A stretch of DNA of 64,000 nt, taken from assembly GCA_029953675.1 (NCBI GenBank), contig JAMWBK010000010.1:310001-374000 (forward strand). Reading direction: 5' to 3'. Source of the stretch: Rhodosorus marinus CCMP1338. Lineage: Eukaryota > Plantae > Rhodophyta. A model generated the notes under the pieces. The model was not told the origin of the DNA and made no database searches. It saw only the letters and a list, made by a program, of their open reading frames with translations. How positions within the stretch are numbered: the first letter of the stretch is position 1; each line of letters opens with the position of its first letter. Below are positions 1 to 13,252 of this stretch, piece after piece. The position numbers and the translations under genes were made by a program.

Positions 1-532
1 GAATCATATTCTCAGTTCGTTTCCTCTTTGGAAGCGCCCCTCAGCGGATTGCCAAATCAAACACTTGAAAGAATAGACTACTCACTACAAAGACCTCCCT
101 CGCCGAGTGCTCACAGGAATCGTGGCTGACATTAACGAACAATTCTGCTCTCTCCCCGTCCCTACCATCGATTAGTTTACTAACTTCCGAGCTCACCCTT
201 CCTCTCTTCAGTCTACTTATAGCCTCGTGATCCGTGCTCACAGCTACATCCCCCAGCCAAATTAGCATATTCTCTATTTTACCCCTCCTAGTCCCTCACA
301 TAGCTCATAGAAACAATCTCCGAGCTCACAACAGCAGTTCCTTATCCGCATATCCTCCACAAAGGTTAAAAGCACAAATAAATAAGCGGAAACCTTCTGC
401 CAAAATTCCTGCCAAAATTCCTGGAGAACCTTCCCCCTAAGCTGCTCGTAAGGCATGTCGACCCTGCCCGGCAACACGCAAAATGTTTTGCCTACGTGAC
501 CATTCGTAACACATCAAGCTCGTTTAGACCAC

Positions 533-815
533 TGTTATAGGAAAACCCAATAAAATCCTATAACAACTTCCAAAAATATATTTTATTCATATATGATCGT
601 GTGTGTTAGCTGCACAGAAACTTTGGTGGGTGTAGGCGGTCGCTGTTTCCTCCAGTCACCCAAACTGGGCCAGTCTAGCCCCACCAACTTGGCCACTTTT
701 ACAGCCGCGTGACTGCCAACGTGCTTCGCATGTCAAACTCGATGAGATTGGTGTTATAGGAAGAACCGGGTGTTTCCTATGAATACGTTAGAGCAAGTAG
801 ATTTCTTCATATACG
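533..815. repeat. Two diverged direct-repeat units (period about 219 bp), each starting with an inverted repeat
   Basis: TGTTATAGGA(533-542)-N13-TCCTATAACA(556-565) is a perfect 10-bp IR. Second unit TGTTATAGGAA(752-762)...TTCCTAT(774-780). Both are followed by a TTCATATA(T/C)GA segment. Confidence 0.55.
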
Positions 816-2018
816 AATTTTTTTCCAGGCGGTTGGTGATGTCGGGCGTTTCCACGTGGGGTTTCGGTGCAGGTGTCTTAGGGGGGGGGAGGATGGAAAA
901 GATGATGTGCCGGTGGTCGTCCGTATTCATTTATCGAAGGATGGACTCTTTACAGTGAAAAATTGCGCAGTACCGCTAATGAGTCGCTTGCTTTCTGCGC
1001 TATGTTGTTGCTGGAACTCCATATGCTTTCTACCTCCATAGGATACTCTATACACCCTCTAGCAGGGTAGGGAAGGTTTCGGTTGAATTTACGTAGGCTA
1101 CCGGACTGCTGGAACTCGGTTTTTTTAGAGGGTCACTCACCGTAGAGCATTTCTGGGAACTCGATAAACTCCGTTCTCCAAATTCCGGCTTGGGAAGGCA
1201 ACGATTGTGCCACTGAGTTCAGGACCCGGCTTTAGGCGTGCAGGATCAGGCTACTCTGCTCCATAGATTCTGAATACAAATAGTGGTGGTAGGATACCGA
1301 CTCAAAGTCATGAACCTGTACATTCAAAGGTGCCCATTCGTTCGTTCAACATGAGATAGAGCACCGTTGAGCCTGACTATTGATCCGTTCTTCCCGAGTG
1401 AAGGCTTGATTATCAAGTCTAACTTGGAGCTGAAGCTCGCTTTCGGACACCTATATTAATAAATGAAAACGCTCCCGAAAGAAACCAAACACTGCGCGGG
1501 CGTGTCCAGAACCACCGTAGAATTATAGGGTCGTGGGATCGCTCTCAATATCATGTTGTGGCGGTTTGCAACACCGAGCGTCACTCAGTAAATAGAACAA
1601 TCCAACAATTACGATCCAACTCTTTTATTATCACTCATTGCTGCGCTCATTTTACCCAAGAGGGTCAATCCCTAGAAGCCAACATCACATGCAGATAATA
1701 ATGATTGAACTTAAACGTATATGATTGACGTATGTAATTCTATCTTTTTCAATGTTTTACAGGATCCAATCTCCCATTCAATTTTCTTAAACCAAATCTA
1801 GATTTTAAAATTTTGCCAGATTTTTTAAATCCCTTTTCTGCGTAACGGCAGAGTCCAAGCTGGGTTGATTGGGTTGTGGTTGGGGGTGGTCCGGGTTTGT
1901 GGGCAGTGCAGAGTTCCAGAGGGAAGGCGGTAAGCAATCTGTTGTATGGAATCAGATGGATGAGGTTTGTGACAATTGACTTCTATGAGGTTGGAGACTG
2001 CTGGTTGATCTGGGAACC

Positions 2019-5000
2019 ATGGACCCAATGGATGTGGTAAGCAAGTTGGCTGAAAAGGAAGAAGGGGTCAAGGTTTGCATCCGTGTTCGACCATTGAACG
2101 GAGGACATTCTGAAGATGATGAAATCACAGGTATGGTTTACTCTAGATCGATTTTTTTCGAGTACAACTTCCTCCAACTCACAATTATTGGTTAACCTTC
2201 GGTGCAGCCAACGGGTGGACAACATCGGGGGATACTATATCGCATGCGAGCGGCGGCGTTTCTTTCAATTTTGACAACGTTTTCACACCGCCATGTCGGA
2301 ATCAGGATTTGTACGACTCTATTGCCTCGTCGATCATCAAATCCGCAGTAGATGGTTTCAACGGGGTTATATTTGCATACGGTCAAACTTCCTCCGGCAA
2401 GACGCATACAATGTTGGGAAATGAAGGAGACTCTGGCATAACCCCGCTCGCTATCCAGGACGTGTTTAGACACGTCCTAAAATCAACGGAACGAGAGTTT
2501 CTCGTTCGTGTCTCGTACATAGAAATATACAACGAGGTGATTAAGGACTTGCTATGCAAGGGGCAAGACAACCTCAAGATTCACCAGGACTTCACAGGTA
2601 GAGTGTTTGTGGACGCCAGAGAGGAGGTGGTAACTTGCGCTGCAGACGTCCTCGCAATCATGAATCTTGGGGAGGAGCAGAGAACTTTTGGCGCAACAAA
2701 CATGAACGAGCGCTCTTCCCGCTCGCATACCATCTTCACAATCCACATCGAGTCAAGAACGAGGGGTGAACATGTAAATGCCGATGATGGTGTTGCGGTT
2801 TGCGCCTCTACCCTTTCTCTGGTGGACCTTGCAGGCTCAGAGAGAGCCAGCCACACCGGGGCAGAGGGAGTGCGGCTTAAAGAAGGAGGTCATATCAATA
2901 AGTCTCTCTTGACTCTGGGAACCGTTATCAACAAGCTCAGTGAAGGCGTCACAGGTCATATTCCGTACCGCGACTCCAAGCTCACGAGAATCCTGCAACC
3001 TGCGCTTGGCGGGAACGCGAGAACTGGGGTAATTTGCGCGATTACGCCGGCCAAGATGCACATAGAAGAGTCTATCTCGACTCTCAAGTTTGCTAGCAGA
3101 GCAAAATGCGTACAAAACAAGACCTCGAGAATAGAGATATTGGACGATCGGGCTATGCTCCGTCGATGCCAGAAGGAACTCGAGCACGTCAAGCAAAAAC
3201 TGGAGCAGACAGGTATACATAGCGATCTTCATCGTATTTTCCGTTAATATTAGACCCTTGACACAACCATATTGTCAACTAGGATGCGAATCTGCTCTTG
3301 AGGATTCGCAGGAGGTGCAAGAGTTGAGACTTCGAATGGAGACGGAGATCGAGAAGTCATCGGAACTACAAGAAAAGGTGGATAAACTGTCACAGATGAT
3401 CGTGTCCCACAAAGGTGAACCTGTATCATCGGAACCGGGACAGAAGCGCCCAAGAAGCCGGCGGAGAGAAACAATCGGTTGTGGAACGAATGAGATCGGA
3501 AGGACTAGTCGCAGGGAGGACAACAGTAATTCGGAAAGAATTGGGAGGCTCACAAAAGAGGTCGTCACAGTTAAGAAGGAGGCAGTGGACGCCATCAAGG
3601 AGAAAGAAACGATGCGGCGACATATGGAAGTGCAACGTGAGGCTCTACGCCACGAGCTTGAGGTAAGGATTTGAAAGAAATTTGTTCACCTTTAATCGGC
3701 TTGCGGAGCTGGCAACAGCATCAAGTAACTCTTAGCTCACGTGTGCATTGATAGGCACTGGAGATGCACGCAGAAGAACTGGAAAGAACGAGAAAGTTAG
3801 CGTCATCGGAAGCAGAAACTGCGGGAGAGCGTGTCGCTGCAGCAGAGGTCTTAATGTTTGTCGAGGAGATCGTCACCAGTGCTATGCTCACCAGCGAACA
3901 AAGTAGACGAGATTCCGCACGGAAGTCTCTTGGCGAAGTTAAGGAAGAAAGGAGCAGGATCCAGAAAGACTTGGATTCAGCCATGAAACGAGAGCGCATC
4001 GGCACCGGTCCTCTGCAAAAGCAGGTCGACCAGATGAAGAATAAAGTTACAGATCTTGAAGCAAAACTCAAGGCGGCAAAGTCAACCACCTCGAGACTTG
4101 AGAACGAGAAACTTCAGTATGAGAAGGAATCGAAGAGCATGGAGAAGCAGGTAGGTGTTGGTGCTTTTTAGTTCGGCCGCGACCGGGATATGCTGGCCGT
4201 TCGAGCCTCCAAATTCTGAAGATCATGGCTCATTTTGATTTATTGCAGATTCGCGGTATGGAAGTTATCAAATCCAAGGAAATAGAGAAGGCTTTGAGAG
4301 AATCGGAAAGAGTGAAGGAAAACGAACTGCGTGGAAAGACACTTCAGATCGATGCACTGAGCCAAGAGATCGAGAGGAGTCGTCTCGAGAGATCCAAGGT
4401 CGAAGCCGACCTGAAATCGCTGAAAGAGTCTCAGAATAGTTTAGAGCAAGATCTTCAGCAGAAAGAGATCGAGATCGAAGAGAGTGGTGCGACCATCGAG
4501 GCGCTAAAACGGCAGGCAACGAACGAATCGGAAAAGCATGAGGAGGAGAAGAAGGCAACTCTAAAGGAGATTGAAGATCTGAAGAGCACACTGAAGGATC
4601 ACGTCGAGGCGAGTGAACTGAAGGAGAAAGAACTCAACGAGGCGATTGAAGAGGAAGTGGAGGAGGTCAGAATTGCCTGGGAAAAGTCTGAAGCTCTAAC
4701 TTCTGAGTTACAGACAGTCAAAAACTCTCTAGCGCGTTCTTTGGTAAGTCATAATTCACCTCTTGTAGTGGACTCCTCATTTCTTACCCAAGATTTTCTG
4801 CTCCAATTGAGACACTTCCAGGATGACGATGAGAACCTCCAGAAAGCTAGAGACGACGCTATTGTTGAGCTTGATAAAGTCCGAGCTGAGCTTGAAGTAG
4901 TGAAATCGGCGGCCACCGAGCAAGAGACAGCAATGAAGGCCGATGCTGACAAGAGAGTCTTGCGCGCTGTGGAGTCTCTAGAAGAGGAGCTGCGAGTAGA

Positions 5001-5892
5001 GAAGAACAATAACGCGCAATTGAAAGCAGATAATTCAAAACTGCTCACAAATCTCAGCGCTGAGGTTGAAAATCTGAAGATCACTGTCGGCGAGAAGGAG
5101 AATGAAGTCGCCACGCTTACGGAGAACTTTCAACGCATGAAGGACGAATTTGATCTGCATAAATCCACTGCCGAACAGGATCATGCTGAGGCTATTCAGA
5201 GGCATGCTTCACGCAATGGCGTTCTTGAGGATGAGAGGATGAAGCTCATCAAGGAAAATCGGGTTCTCGACGAAACCTGCTCAACGCTGAGGTCTGAAGT
5301 CGCAGAGAATGCCCAGGAGAAGGTAAGGCTATTGGATAGATACCAGAATGTTGAACAGCAGAAAAGGAAACTAGAACTGGGCCTTGAAAGCTGGACCAAT
5401 GGAGAGGGCAGAGTTGGTACTCTTGAGCGAAAACTACAGAGAAGGGAGATCAAGGTGAAGAAGCTTGAGCTCCAGCTGAAGCGCATGGAGGAGCGCATGG
5501 TATTGGAGGGCAAAGCCCGTGAGTTCCTGGACGCGAAAGAGAGGAGCGAGCTCGAAACGCGCACCTTAGCAGCAGAAAAAGAAGCTGAGCTACATATGGA
5601 CAGGTTCGAAAAACTCGATTCTCAAAGGCTCGCCCTGCTCACCGAGGCTCATAAGTTAAGGGATGAGATTGGTTTGAGGGATAAGGCTTATGCAGAACTC
5701 GAAGCTCGTCAGCTTGCTGCGGAGGCCTCCATTGCGGACCTAAAGAGAGTCCAAATGCGTCCCATTGCAGCTGAACTCAGTATGACAGACGTAGAAAACG
5801 TGTACGAGAACGTCGGAAAACCCCCTAGGTGTCCGCCATCGAAGAGAACCCCGCTTCGAGAAGTTCAGGGAGTTTCCCTTGCGGAGATCTAG
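2019..5892 (+). CDS. CENPE: Kinesin-7 (CENP-E-like) motor with long C-terminal coiled coil; spliced
   Basis: VKVCIRVRP start; P-loop GQTSSGKT; switch I NERSSRSH; switch II DLAGSE; HIPYRDSKLTRILQPALGGNA. GT-AG introns 2131-2207, 3213-3282, 3663-3754, 4151-4248 and probably 4744-4821 join the ORFs in frame. C-terminal RTPLREVQ resembles a D-box. Kinesin-7 assignment is from motif recall. Confidence 0.9.
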
Positions 5893-7245
5893 CATAAGAG
5901 CCAAATGGGGACGATTTCGCCAAGAGTCAACTCGACAGTGAAACTCTTTCTACCTTATTTGATAAAACGAGAACTTTACTAGAGGAACATGTAGAGGAGA
6001 ATAAGATGCCATCTTTACAAACAGAGCCAAACTCTTCTGTGGCTCAGACCAGCCGTCTCTCTGCGCGTCTGGCGCTTTCTTGATAATGACTGAAGTCATC
6101 AGGATGAAAAGCCTTCAGCACGATTCCACAGCAGCCTCGTGGGGCCGATTACTAAAGGCCCGCCCACTGATAAGTGCAATACCAGGATGCAGAGTCTACA
6201 TCTTTGGCAGCGATATTCTGTAGATTGGATCCTTTTGACCTCTATCTAGGAATTCAACCCTCAGATTTTGCGTCGGGCACGCAGAAAAATCGCAAATTCA
6301 GCTGAGAGTTTTAAAAAATCAAATACAAAAGGAAATATAGCCCTGAAACGGAAGGGGAATAAATATGTGATTCGATAGGTAGTCCTATATTTTCCTATTT
6401 TAGATCACTGAGTGGATTAATTTGAGCGAAATTCCGAGCTCCGGAGAAACGAACGGGTTACCGTCAGGTGAGCTACTGCTCTGCTGACCCCCCAGCCCAT
6501 GTTCTAGCGAACGTTTGTCCGGATACAACGGTCTCGAATAACTTAAACATCTTCCACTACATCCTGGTGTTCTACCGATGAGTACTGAGGTAAGCGCAGT
6601 ACGACGCTGTATGCCGGCTTTTGCGGTAGTGAGCTTATCAACGAAAACCCTAAACAGTCCACTACCAAAGCTTCACTGCAACACGTAGATTCGCCGGGCG
6701 TATGCGCTGGAGGATGGATTTAAGACAGAGCGTGTCCTCATGAGCTGATATGGACTCTACTTATTTGTGTAGGTAGACAAGAAAGCCCTTCCGCACATTG
6801 ATGCTCAGGAGGAAAGCTTCAGAGCAAAGGGTAGATCTAGAGACAATCTGTAGTAAGCAATGGCTGGCTTTCAACAAGCACTTCGTACTCGTGCTGATAC
6901 CAAAGCTCCCGACAAAAATAATCAATAAGGGAGAAGGGCCCTTGCTATCTAGCCATATGAGCAACAAGAAGCCCCAGACCACGACGAATAACTTTAACGA
7001 GCATCTACACTAGACAATGCTTGGCTTTAAGAGAGATCGTGTACTTGAGCTGCATCAACCCCCTGCTTCGGAACTGAATTCAGGGAGGAAGTGCTTTTGT
7101 TCATTATGTGCTGTAAAAGCTTTTGGAGGGCCAGGAGAGAGAAACGAGAACGGGGAATGGGAAAGTGAAGGCTAACAAGTGGTTCGATGTTGTCGCTTTG
7201 TTCGCATATTCCGGTTGACGTTTAGTTTCTAAGCTAGTTAAGAGG

Positions 7246-8492
7246 ATGGCGTTCGGACGGGAAGCTGCTCCAGGTGATGAGAATGACAATTTCGGGAGTC
7301 AGGAGAATAGGTCTATTCGGAAGTTTGGTTCTCGTCTGCTTGGGGCTGGAAGTGTGGGAAATGTGGTGCGTTTGGGAGGGAAGACTAAGTATGTGTACGA
7401 TTTGGAAGTAATGGTGGAGTCCGTGGAAAGTTTTAGTGGGACGGAACCTGTGGTCTTGGTTATTGAACGCGGGAATGAGTCTCTAAGCACCACGCCTGTT
7501 ACGAGTTCTGGGGGAAGGATAGAAGTTGAACAGACTTTGTCGAAGAAAGTGACGTTTTTTAGACCTGCGGACATGCCGGACTTTCAGAAGAAGATCTTCA
7601 AGATGTTCCTTAAGGATACAGGTTCCAATTCGATCTTGGGGAAAACCAATTTTGACGCTGCCGCATACGCAGAACCAGAGGAGCAATCTATGCAACGACG
7701 CCTCAAGTTCGAGCTTTCCAATCGCGCGTCTGTAATCATGACAATCACCACAACACTGCTCTCGATGGACAGGGGCCTGACCGAGTCCGCAGATGGTTCC
7801 GTCGGGGATTCCGGGTCTTTCATCCCTTCAGACGTGGGCAGCGACGAACTCGCCGTTGACTTTGACCTAGACGACGAACCCGTCGGTGCTGCCAAAATAG
7901 GCGACCCACACGGTGGCGGAAACTCCCTCGATAGCAGACTCGACTATCTTACGAAACAAAAAATGGATCTGGAGAAGGAAAACGCAAGGCTCAAGAAGGA
8001 GCTCGCCTCTGCAGGTAAGCAACAAAGAGTATCACACAACTGCGTCTACTGGAATCCAGCTAGATTGAAGCGCTTCGCTAGAAACGCATGAGGTTAGCGA
8101 CCTTGGTTTATTTGTGTGGCTCTTGACAAACCGCACTCTTTTCTTCTCACTTCTTAGGAACGTTTGGAAAACGGATTGGGCCCCGAATCCCACTTTCCAG
8201 TAGAAATATGTACAACCGAGCTGGACGAGCACCCGATTCGTCTTCAGCTCCGAGTACGGTAAACAACGCAGAGATGGTTGCGGAGAACGAACGATTGCAG
8301 GCACAGCTGAAAGAGCTCGAGGAAAAAATACGAAGAGAACCAGGTCAGGGTGACTTGTCGGAAGAGCTGAGAAAGGTCAAAGCATCCCTTGTGGAGATCG
8401 GGGTTGAAAAGGAGGCTGTAGAGACGGAGATTCGGGCTCTACGAGCTGAGCAACGGAAGAAGAGGAAAATGAAGAAATACCGGCTAGGCTGA
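7246..8492 (+). CDS. N-terminal NT-C2 (EEIG1/EHBP1-type) domain protein with C-terminal coiled coil
   Basis: ORF 7246-8091 has the NT-C2 pattern (KYVYDLEVMVESV...VVLVIERGNESLST...EQTLSKKVTFF...FQKKIFKMFLK...LGKTNFDAAAYA). A donor at 8015 joins it to coiled-coil ORF 8208-8492; 8015-8157 keeps frame, but the exact acceptor is uncertain. Confidence 0.75.
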
Positions 8493-8779
8493 GATGTTGA
8501 TCCGACTTGCACCTAGAGCTGCTACTATGATTGTAAATACTGCCCAGAATGTGTGAGTTCTACGGTGAAAATGTAGATATTCGCTCAGTTCCTCATAAAT
8601 GCGTTGCGAAACACGTCTGATTCGACTATTACGTAGAGTCCGAGGGGCAAGCCTCTGGAGGTGCTTCCTTCTTTAGTTCAGACGAGGCAGCAGTTTTCTC
8701 GCATGAACAGATTCGGAATTGGCCCAACGGCTACACACTTTCCGATAAATAGCGTATAATGCCCGATCATTTGAACCTC

Positions 8780-10904
8780 CTATCTGTCCTTCGCCCTCAG
8801 ATTGCTCAGCTCTGCAAACATTGCGCCGAGGGACCAGCCTAGTTCAATACTAAGACGATGAAATGGTTCCTTCAGACTTACAGGCCAACAACTGAGGCAA
8901 AAAAAAGTGAACTTTCTCCAGCAGGTTTATGCAGATGGATCGTCCTTACCCTTCAATTTTGCTTGCCATGAAAATAGTTGGTTCAGGGTCACCCTCATTC
9001 AACTTCTCTGTAATCCCATGGCCTTGAGAACCGAATACAAGAAGTTTCTGTCGGTTAAGCATTATAAAAAAAAACTCATTACAACGACGCGGTAAACGGA
9101 CAAGCAAGACAGTACGAACTACCAGGTTTCACGAACCCGTTGAGCACGGCCTACCTTCGGACAAGTGCTGGTAGATAAATGATACATCAAAGCAAAGTTC
9201 AGTAGCTTCACCGTTTGCTACATTTGGGAACGCAGACATCACTTCATCAACGGACATGGTGCACACGCTCTCTCCGAATTCACGGATATCCTTCATCGAT
9301 ACAGGATTCTGCAAATTGAAACGTGCATAGAGAGCTTAGAGGTAATTGATCGGCTCGCTTGGGCATTGAAACCAGCATGCCATGCGGTCATGGGCGAAGA
9401 TTATACCTGAAGGCCGAGGTCAACTGTCCTCTCCTTGTAAAACGCGAGGGCAACAAAATCGTTTGCGGCTTTTGGCTGTGGTTCTTGATGGTACGTGCAA
9501 AGTCCACAATCACACTGACCAGCTCCAGTCATAATTGTCTCGCTAATCACTTTAGTGCAGAGGGCAAAACTTCCGCTGCCCTGCATTTCCACGGTCTTGG
9601 GAGGGTCTTCGAAGGGAATCTACACGTTCAAGAACATATCAGGTAGCTGAAGGGACTAGCACGCTCGTAAAATCCCTTCGACATTACCTCGACTGCCGTG
9701 GTCCCCTTAGACAAACATGGATGGGGTTCTAAAGGAGTCTTCTCCAATGCGGCATCGATGACGTCCTGCTTTGCCTTCTTGATGCCAAAACCGAGATGGC
9801 TCACCGTGTAGAGCCCCAGATCCATCCCCTTGTATCTGCGCAGGGAAAAAAGGTAATGCAATATGGCGTCAGCTAGCCTTGCCTTCTCGAGGTGTCTGAG
9901 CGAGGTACCTACTGTACAGACTCCTTAGCCGTCTCACACGATTCCGCTTCTCTCTCTGAGGGAACGAATGCGATCTGATCGCATGAACAACCACCGCTTG
10001 AGCATCGCGAATCGCACCGATCAGAAATAGGATGTTGGTACAGTATGCAAACCTGTGAAGAACCTCCTCCCATTTCAAGGGTGCCGGCAGTTTCTCCCGG
10101 CTTTCTTCCAAGCAAATAGTTCACGGTAATCCAACTGTAGATGCCCTCGTCATTTCCGTCCAAAACCGTGGCCTAGTCGCGATGAAGCAATGTCTCTCAA
10201 GGTTCAGTGCTACATGTTTCATCACCGACGAGAAGATGGGCTCTGGGAGCATCCTACCCATTTTTCGCTATCGAACCGAAAACCAGATTCACGAAGGATC
10301 TCGCGAGCATCATCTAGAATGCGTTCCGACAGTTCGTCACCAAGCATTCTCAGCCCGGCCGTAGCTCGGAGGAAAACTGGTGTACTAGAGTGTAAGTGCG
10401 CAGGGACCTGCAAAGTTTTCAAGTTGTGCGGAAGCATGTCAGAAGCGTTTTCGGGTGCGCAAGCGTGCTGCAGAGAAAATATCGCGTACGATCTGCTTTG
10501 ACTTCTCGAGGAGAGGTAGTAGGGATTCTCCGGCAATGGAAGGATCTTCTTTATAGGACGAGAGCCCTGGACTGATTGGGTTGAAGTCCTCGGTGATCAG
10601 TTTAAGCTCCCCATTGTTTCCGTTTCCAAACACAAACGTGTGCATGCGCGAACCTAAAAGAGCCAAACGGATGTCAGCAACTCCGGGTTTTGTACGAAAC
10701 ACAACTTCAAATTCATTGCTTTTAGAGCAGTTATGGCCCACCCGTGCTGCCGGCATCGATCATCAGTCCGTAGGTCTTCTGAGGACTCGAGAACCTCGAC
10801 ATGCAAACGAGTACCAGTACCAGTCCACACAGGAGAAAAGTCAACGGGACGATTCTCTTCCGCGCACTTCCCACAATCGAACCAGCTTCTTTGGAAAAAG
10901 CCAT
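8780..10904 (-). CDS. GDA1/CD39 family apyrase (NTPDase), type II membrane protein; multi-exon
   Basis: Apyrase conserved regions in successive minus-strand exons: [56 protein letters not shown] (stop at 8780-8782). N-terminal TM segment [18 protein letters not shown]. Confidence 0.9.
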
Positions 10905-13252
10905 TGCGGCTCGTGAAAATAACAATCCGGGTCCGGTACGTCTCCGCGTCTCAAGGAATCCTCGAGCCACAGTTCCTATGAACTACCCACAATCACCCAG
11001 AATCAAAACTCCGCCTTGTGACAGATATCAGACGAATTTTTCTTCTCCTTCGATCTCTCTAGCTCCCCCTCTGTAGACACGCGAAATTGCACCGCAACAG
11101 CGTGAGGGCTAACTTTTTATACCCTCCCCACTCAAAGATACTCCAAACCCCAAAGGCGTCTTGTTTGCATCTAAACTCTATTTTACATCTTGTTCTGAAC
11201 GTTCGGTGGGGACCAAACAAACAAACAAAAAAAAAACAGGGGAAACCTTCCTAAAAACTATCACAAAACGAAGAACTAACAAACGCTAAGTAGCTGGCGT
11301 ATGTACCCGATCATATTTTAAAAATTCGAAGAATTCTTATGGCCACTGGAAATGGCCATGTCACTATAGAATAAGAATAAAAATTGACAACTATTCTTTA
11401 TTTTTACTGAAATACTTGCTACACGGGGGCTGGTTTTGTGGTTGGGAAAGTTTTCGCCTGTTTTTTGGATGAAAATAACTGGGAAGGTATTGCTGGGACA
11501 CAATCAACATAGTTCTTGTTTTGAGAATTTTTCATACTTTTTCAGTCGATTGGTTCTTGGGACAAGCTGTCTCTTTTGTTTTACGGTGGTTTGGGATTGG
11601 GCATGCCTTTTGCCAGTTCTGATGAAAGTCCTTTTGACGTGCAGTTCCAACAGATTGAACTCAATACCATTGTTGGGGTTCTTGGTATCAAGAAAGATCA
11701 GCCAGCGTATGTCCGAACTCGAGGGTCGGCGACGTCGAACTTCAACTGCACAGCGACCGCCTCTGGAGACTCCCACTCCCTGGTCTTAAAAGGCCTCACC
11801 AATTCCTCCAAAAACAAGTTCGGATCACTGCAGAGTTGTCCCGGAAGCCGAAGCCAGACATCTCCAGGCATCGACGAAAGGATTGCACACGATGCAGCCG
11901 CGAAAACCTGCTGAGGCTATAACGAAGGATGCTATCCCAAGATCAGGCAATCACAGGTTCCGGAGAATTCCGAAAAGAAAAAAAGCAAAGGCACCGAAGA
12001 ACTGAAGAGCTCTCAAGACTTTGCGTAGACCACCGATACTAAAACAGAAGAACTCAATTCAACCGTTCGTACTAAATACTAAAGCAGTACTAAAACATCG
12101 TCCTCCCCCACGCCCAAAAAATTATGAAATAGAATCAATTTCGAGCGGTAGTTAAATTCCAGAATTACTTTCCCTTTCACAACCCCAAAATCCAATCAAC
12201 ATGAAAAATCCTTTAATAATATCAATCGTCTTGGAAAACTCTTTTTCTAAAAAGATATCACCTGAGTCAACAACGCGCACACCTTCCTAGACTAGGAAAG
12301 AAACGTATAACGGACTTTCAAAAATATTGGCTAATCGTTAAGTGAATTCCCATATAACAGAAAACTTTTGGACGGGGCCGGAGGACAGTGAGTCCCGCGG
12401 CCGGCTGAAGGCCACCATCCGAGCACGTGACATACTGAGAACGAGGCAAGGGCGATCAGGCATTGTTCAAGCAAGTATCCTCTGCCTCTTTGAGTTTACT
12501 ATGCCGAATCAGTATGGATTCCTATGCGGCTGGCATCCAGAATTCACCCCTTGTAGCCCGTTGGGACAAGCAGTCTTCAAGAACAACCCATTCCTCATCA
12601 AAGTGCTGATCAAATCTTCGAAACACGAGAAAACTTAAAGAGACGAAACGGAAATCCAATAAATTCTTTAAAAATGAGCTACTCAGGTCTCTATCCAGGG
12701 GCTGCTCGTGATCACCACGCCCTCCCCAAATCTAGACTTTTCTAATCCAGAGTACTGAAAATTGGCAATTATTCATTGATCTTCGACGGGCGAAGTCTCC
12801 TAATTCCATTTTTTGCGTTTTGATCTTATTTTAGTAGCGGCTGCTTTTTTACTCTCGGAAAGGAAGGACATTTAGGCAGAATTACTTGGGAAGCATTTTT
12901 TTTGGCTTTTCTAGGTAGGATTTTTTTTGTTAGATATTCTGTGTTTTTTCATCGGTTGAATGTGATTCCATGGAAATGCGATGGTTTGAGAAGGGCTATG
13001 GTCCCTGCGACTGGTATTAATAAGCCAAGTGAGGATGGGGGATGGAGCAGGGAGGAGATATCCCCTTCTGACAAGAGGCAGAGGGCCTGAGGTGATTTTT
13101 ATTGGTTATTTTCTGCACTTCTATGGTGTGAAGAGGTAAATCGTGACGTGTAGTCTCTTTTGGTGAGGGAGGAGGAAGAGGCCAGGTCAAGAACAGTGCT
13201 GGGCTGCGGCCTTGGTACAGAGGTTAAATACCAAGCGGGTTGTGGAGGAGGG

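Noticed and set aside
11436-12638. Short ORFs between apyrase and ftsZ; weak resemblance of FLDT..VKRT to an RT thumb motif
   Set aside because: Too short and interrupted; the resemblance is not distinguishable from chance by eye.
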